From Archangium sp. (GTDB lineage: Bacteria; Myxococcota; Myxococcia; Myxococcales; Myxococcaceae), in assembly GCA_031367385.1 (NCBI GenBank), contig JANLPS010000454.1:1-13244 (forward strand): a stretch of 13,244 nucleotides of DNA. The letters run 5' to 3'. The notes beneath the pieces were generated by a model. It made no database searches and had not been told where the DNA came from. It worked only from the letters and a program-made list of their open reading frames with translations. Both the position numbers and the translations under genes were made by a program. This document shows, in pieces, positions 12,951-13,244 of this stretch. Positions within the stretch are counted from its first letter, which is position 1; each line of letters begins with the position of its first letter.

Positions 12951-13244
12951 TCAGTTGCCGAACGTGCCGGTCACCGTCACATCGGCATCACTCGCGGTGC
13001 TCTTGAGCACGAGCGTGTACGAGCCTTGGGGGTGCGGGTAGCTGATGACGGCACTGCCACCGCTGGTGTCAGGCGTGCCGAGCGACGTGAAGGTCACCGT
13101 GAGCGAGCCCTTGTTGTCCGCGGAGCTGGTCGAGAGAACCTCGTCCCACTCCTTGCCTTCGAGGCGCACGTTCGAGTCGTTGAACATCAAGTTGGTCGAA
13201 TTGTAGGTCGTGGTGGGGGGGGCCCCGGCCCCCGAGTTGTGGCT
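12951..13244 (-). CDS. 3' part of a hypothetical, probably exported beta-rich protein (start lies beyond the right edge)
   Basis: The frame is open from the window edge: SHNSGAGAPPTTTYNSTNLMFNDSNVRLEGKEWDE...GSLTVTFTSLG...GSYTLVL...VTVTGTFGN-stop. It is Ser/Thr/Gly-rich with GC-biased third codon positions. Confidence 0.75.
   Translation of the reverse strand, partial: SHNSGAGAPPTTTYNSTNLMFNDSNVRLEGKEWDEVLSTSSADNKGSLTVTFTSLGTPDTSGGSAVISYPHPQGSYTLVLKSTASDADVTVTGTFGN

Noticed and set aside
13225..13232. G8 homopolymer as a phase-variation tract
   Set aside because: Short, in frame (Ala-Pro-Pro codons), and unremarkable in GC-rich DNA without read-level length variation.
1..13244. CRISPR array, tRNA/rRNA genes, integron attC sites
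   Set aside because: No regularly spaced repeats, cloverleaf signatures or paired RYYYAAC/GTTRRRY boxes were found by eye. A covariance-model scan would be needed to exclude small RNAs.

Overview
GC-rich bacterial window, most likely Myxococcota (inferred from a MYXO-CTERM-type tail, Cys-rich lipoproteins with DAG/DGG motifs and tandem FHA genes). The backbone carries a partial gene that is probably recG, greA, two paralogous FHA-domain genes, an orphan 2-oxo-acid dehydrogenase E2, two lipoproteins, an Ig-repeat surface protein and an LBF_2804-like membrane protein. The most unusual structure occurs twice: a minus-strand cargo sits directly behind the 3' end of a plus-strand gene, and a decayed 70-100 bp copy of that gene's 3' end lies on the far side of the cargo. 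The first pair is 1776-1846 vs 3500-3571, around a small ORF plus a FIST-like (DUF6976-type) gene. The second is 11994-12086 vs 12783-12876, with a third partial copy at 12925-12950, around an Imm11-like gene. No integrase or transposase is visible. A well-formed sigma54 promoter precedes the large lipoprotein-E2-SUKH-like gene string. No tRNA, rRNA or CRISPR array was seen. All family assignments come from motif recognition by eye, not database searches.
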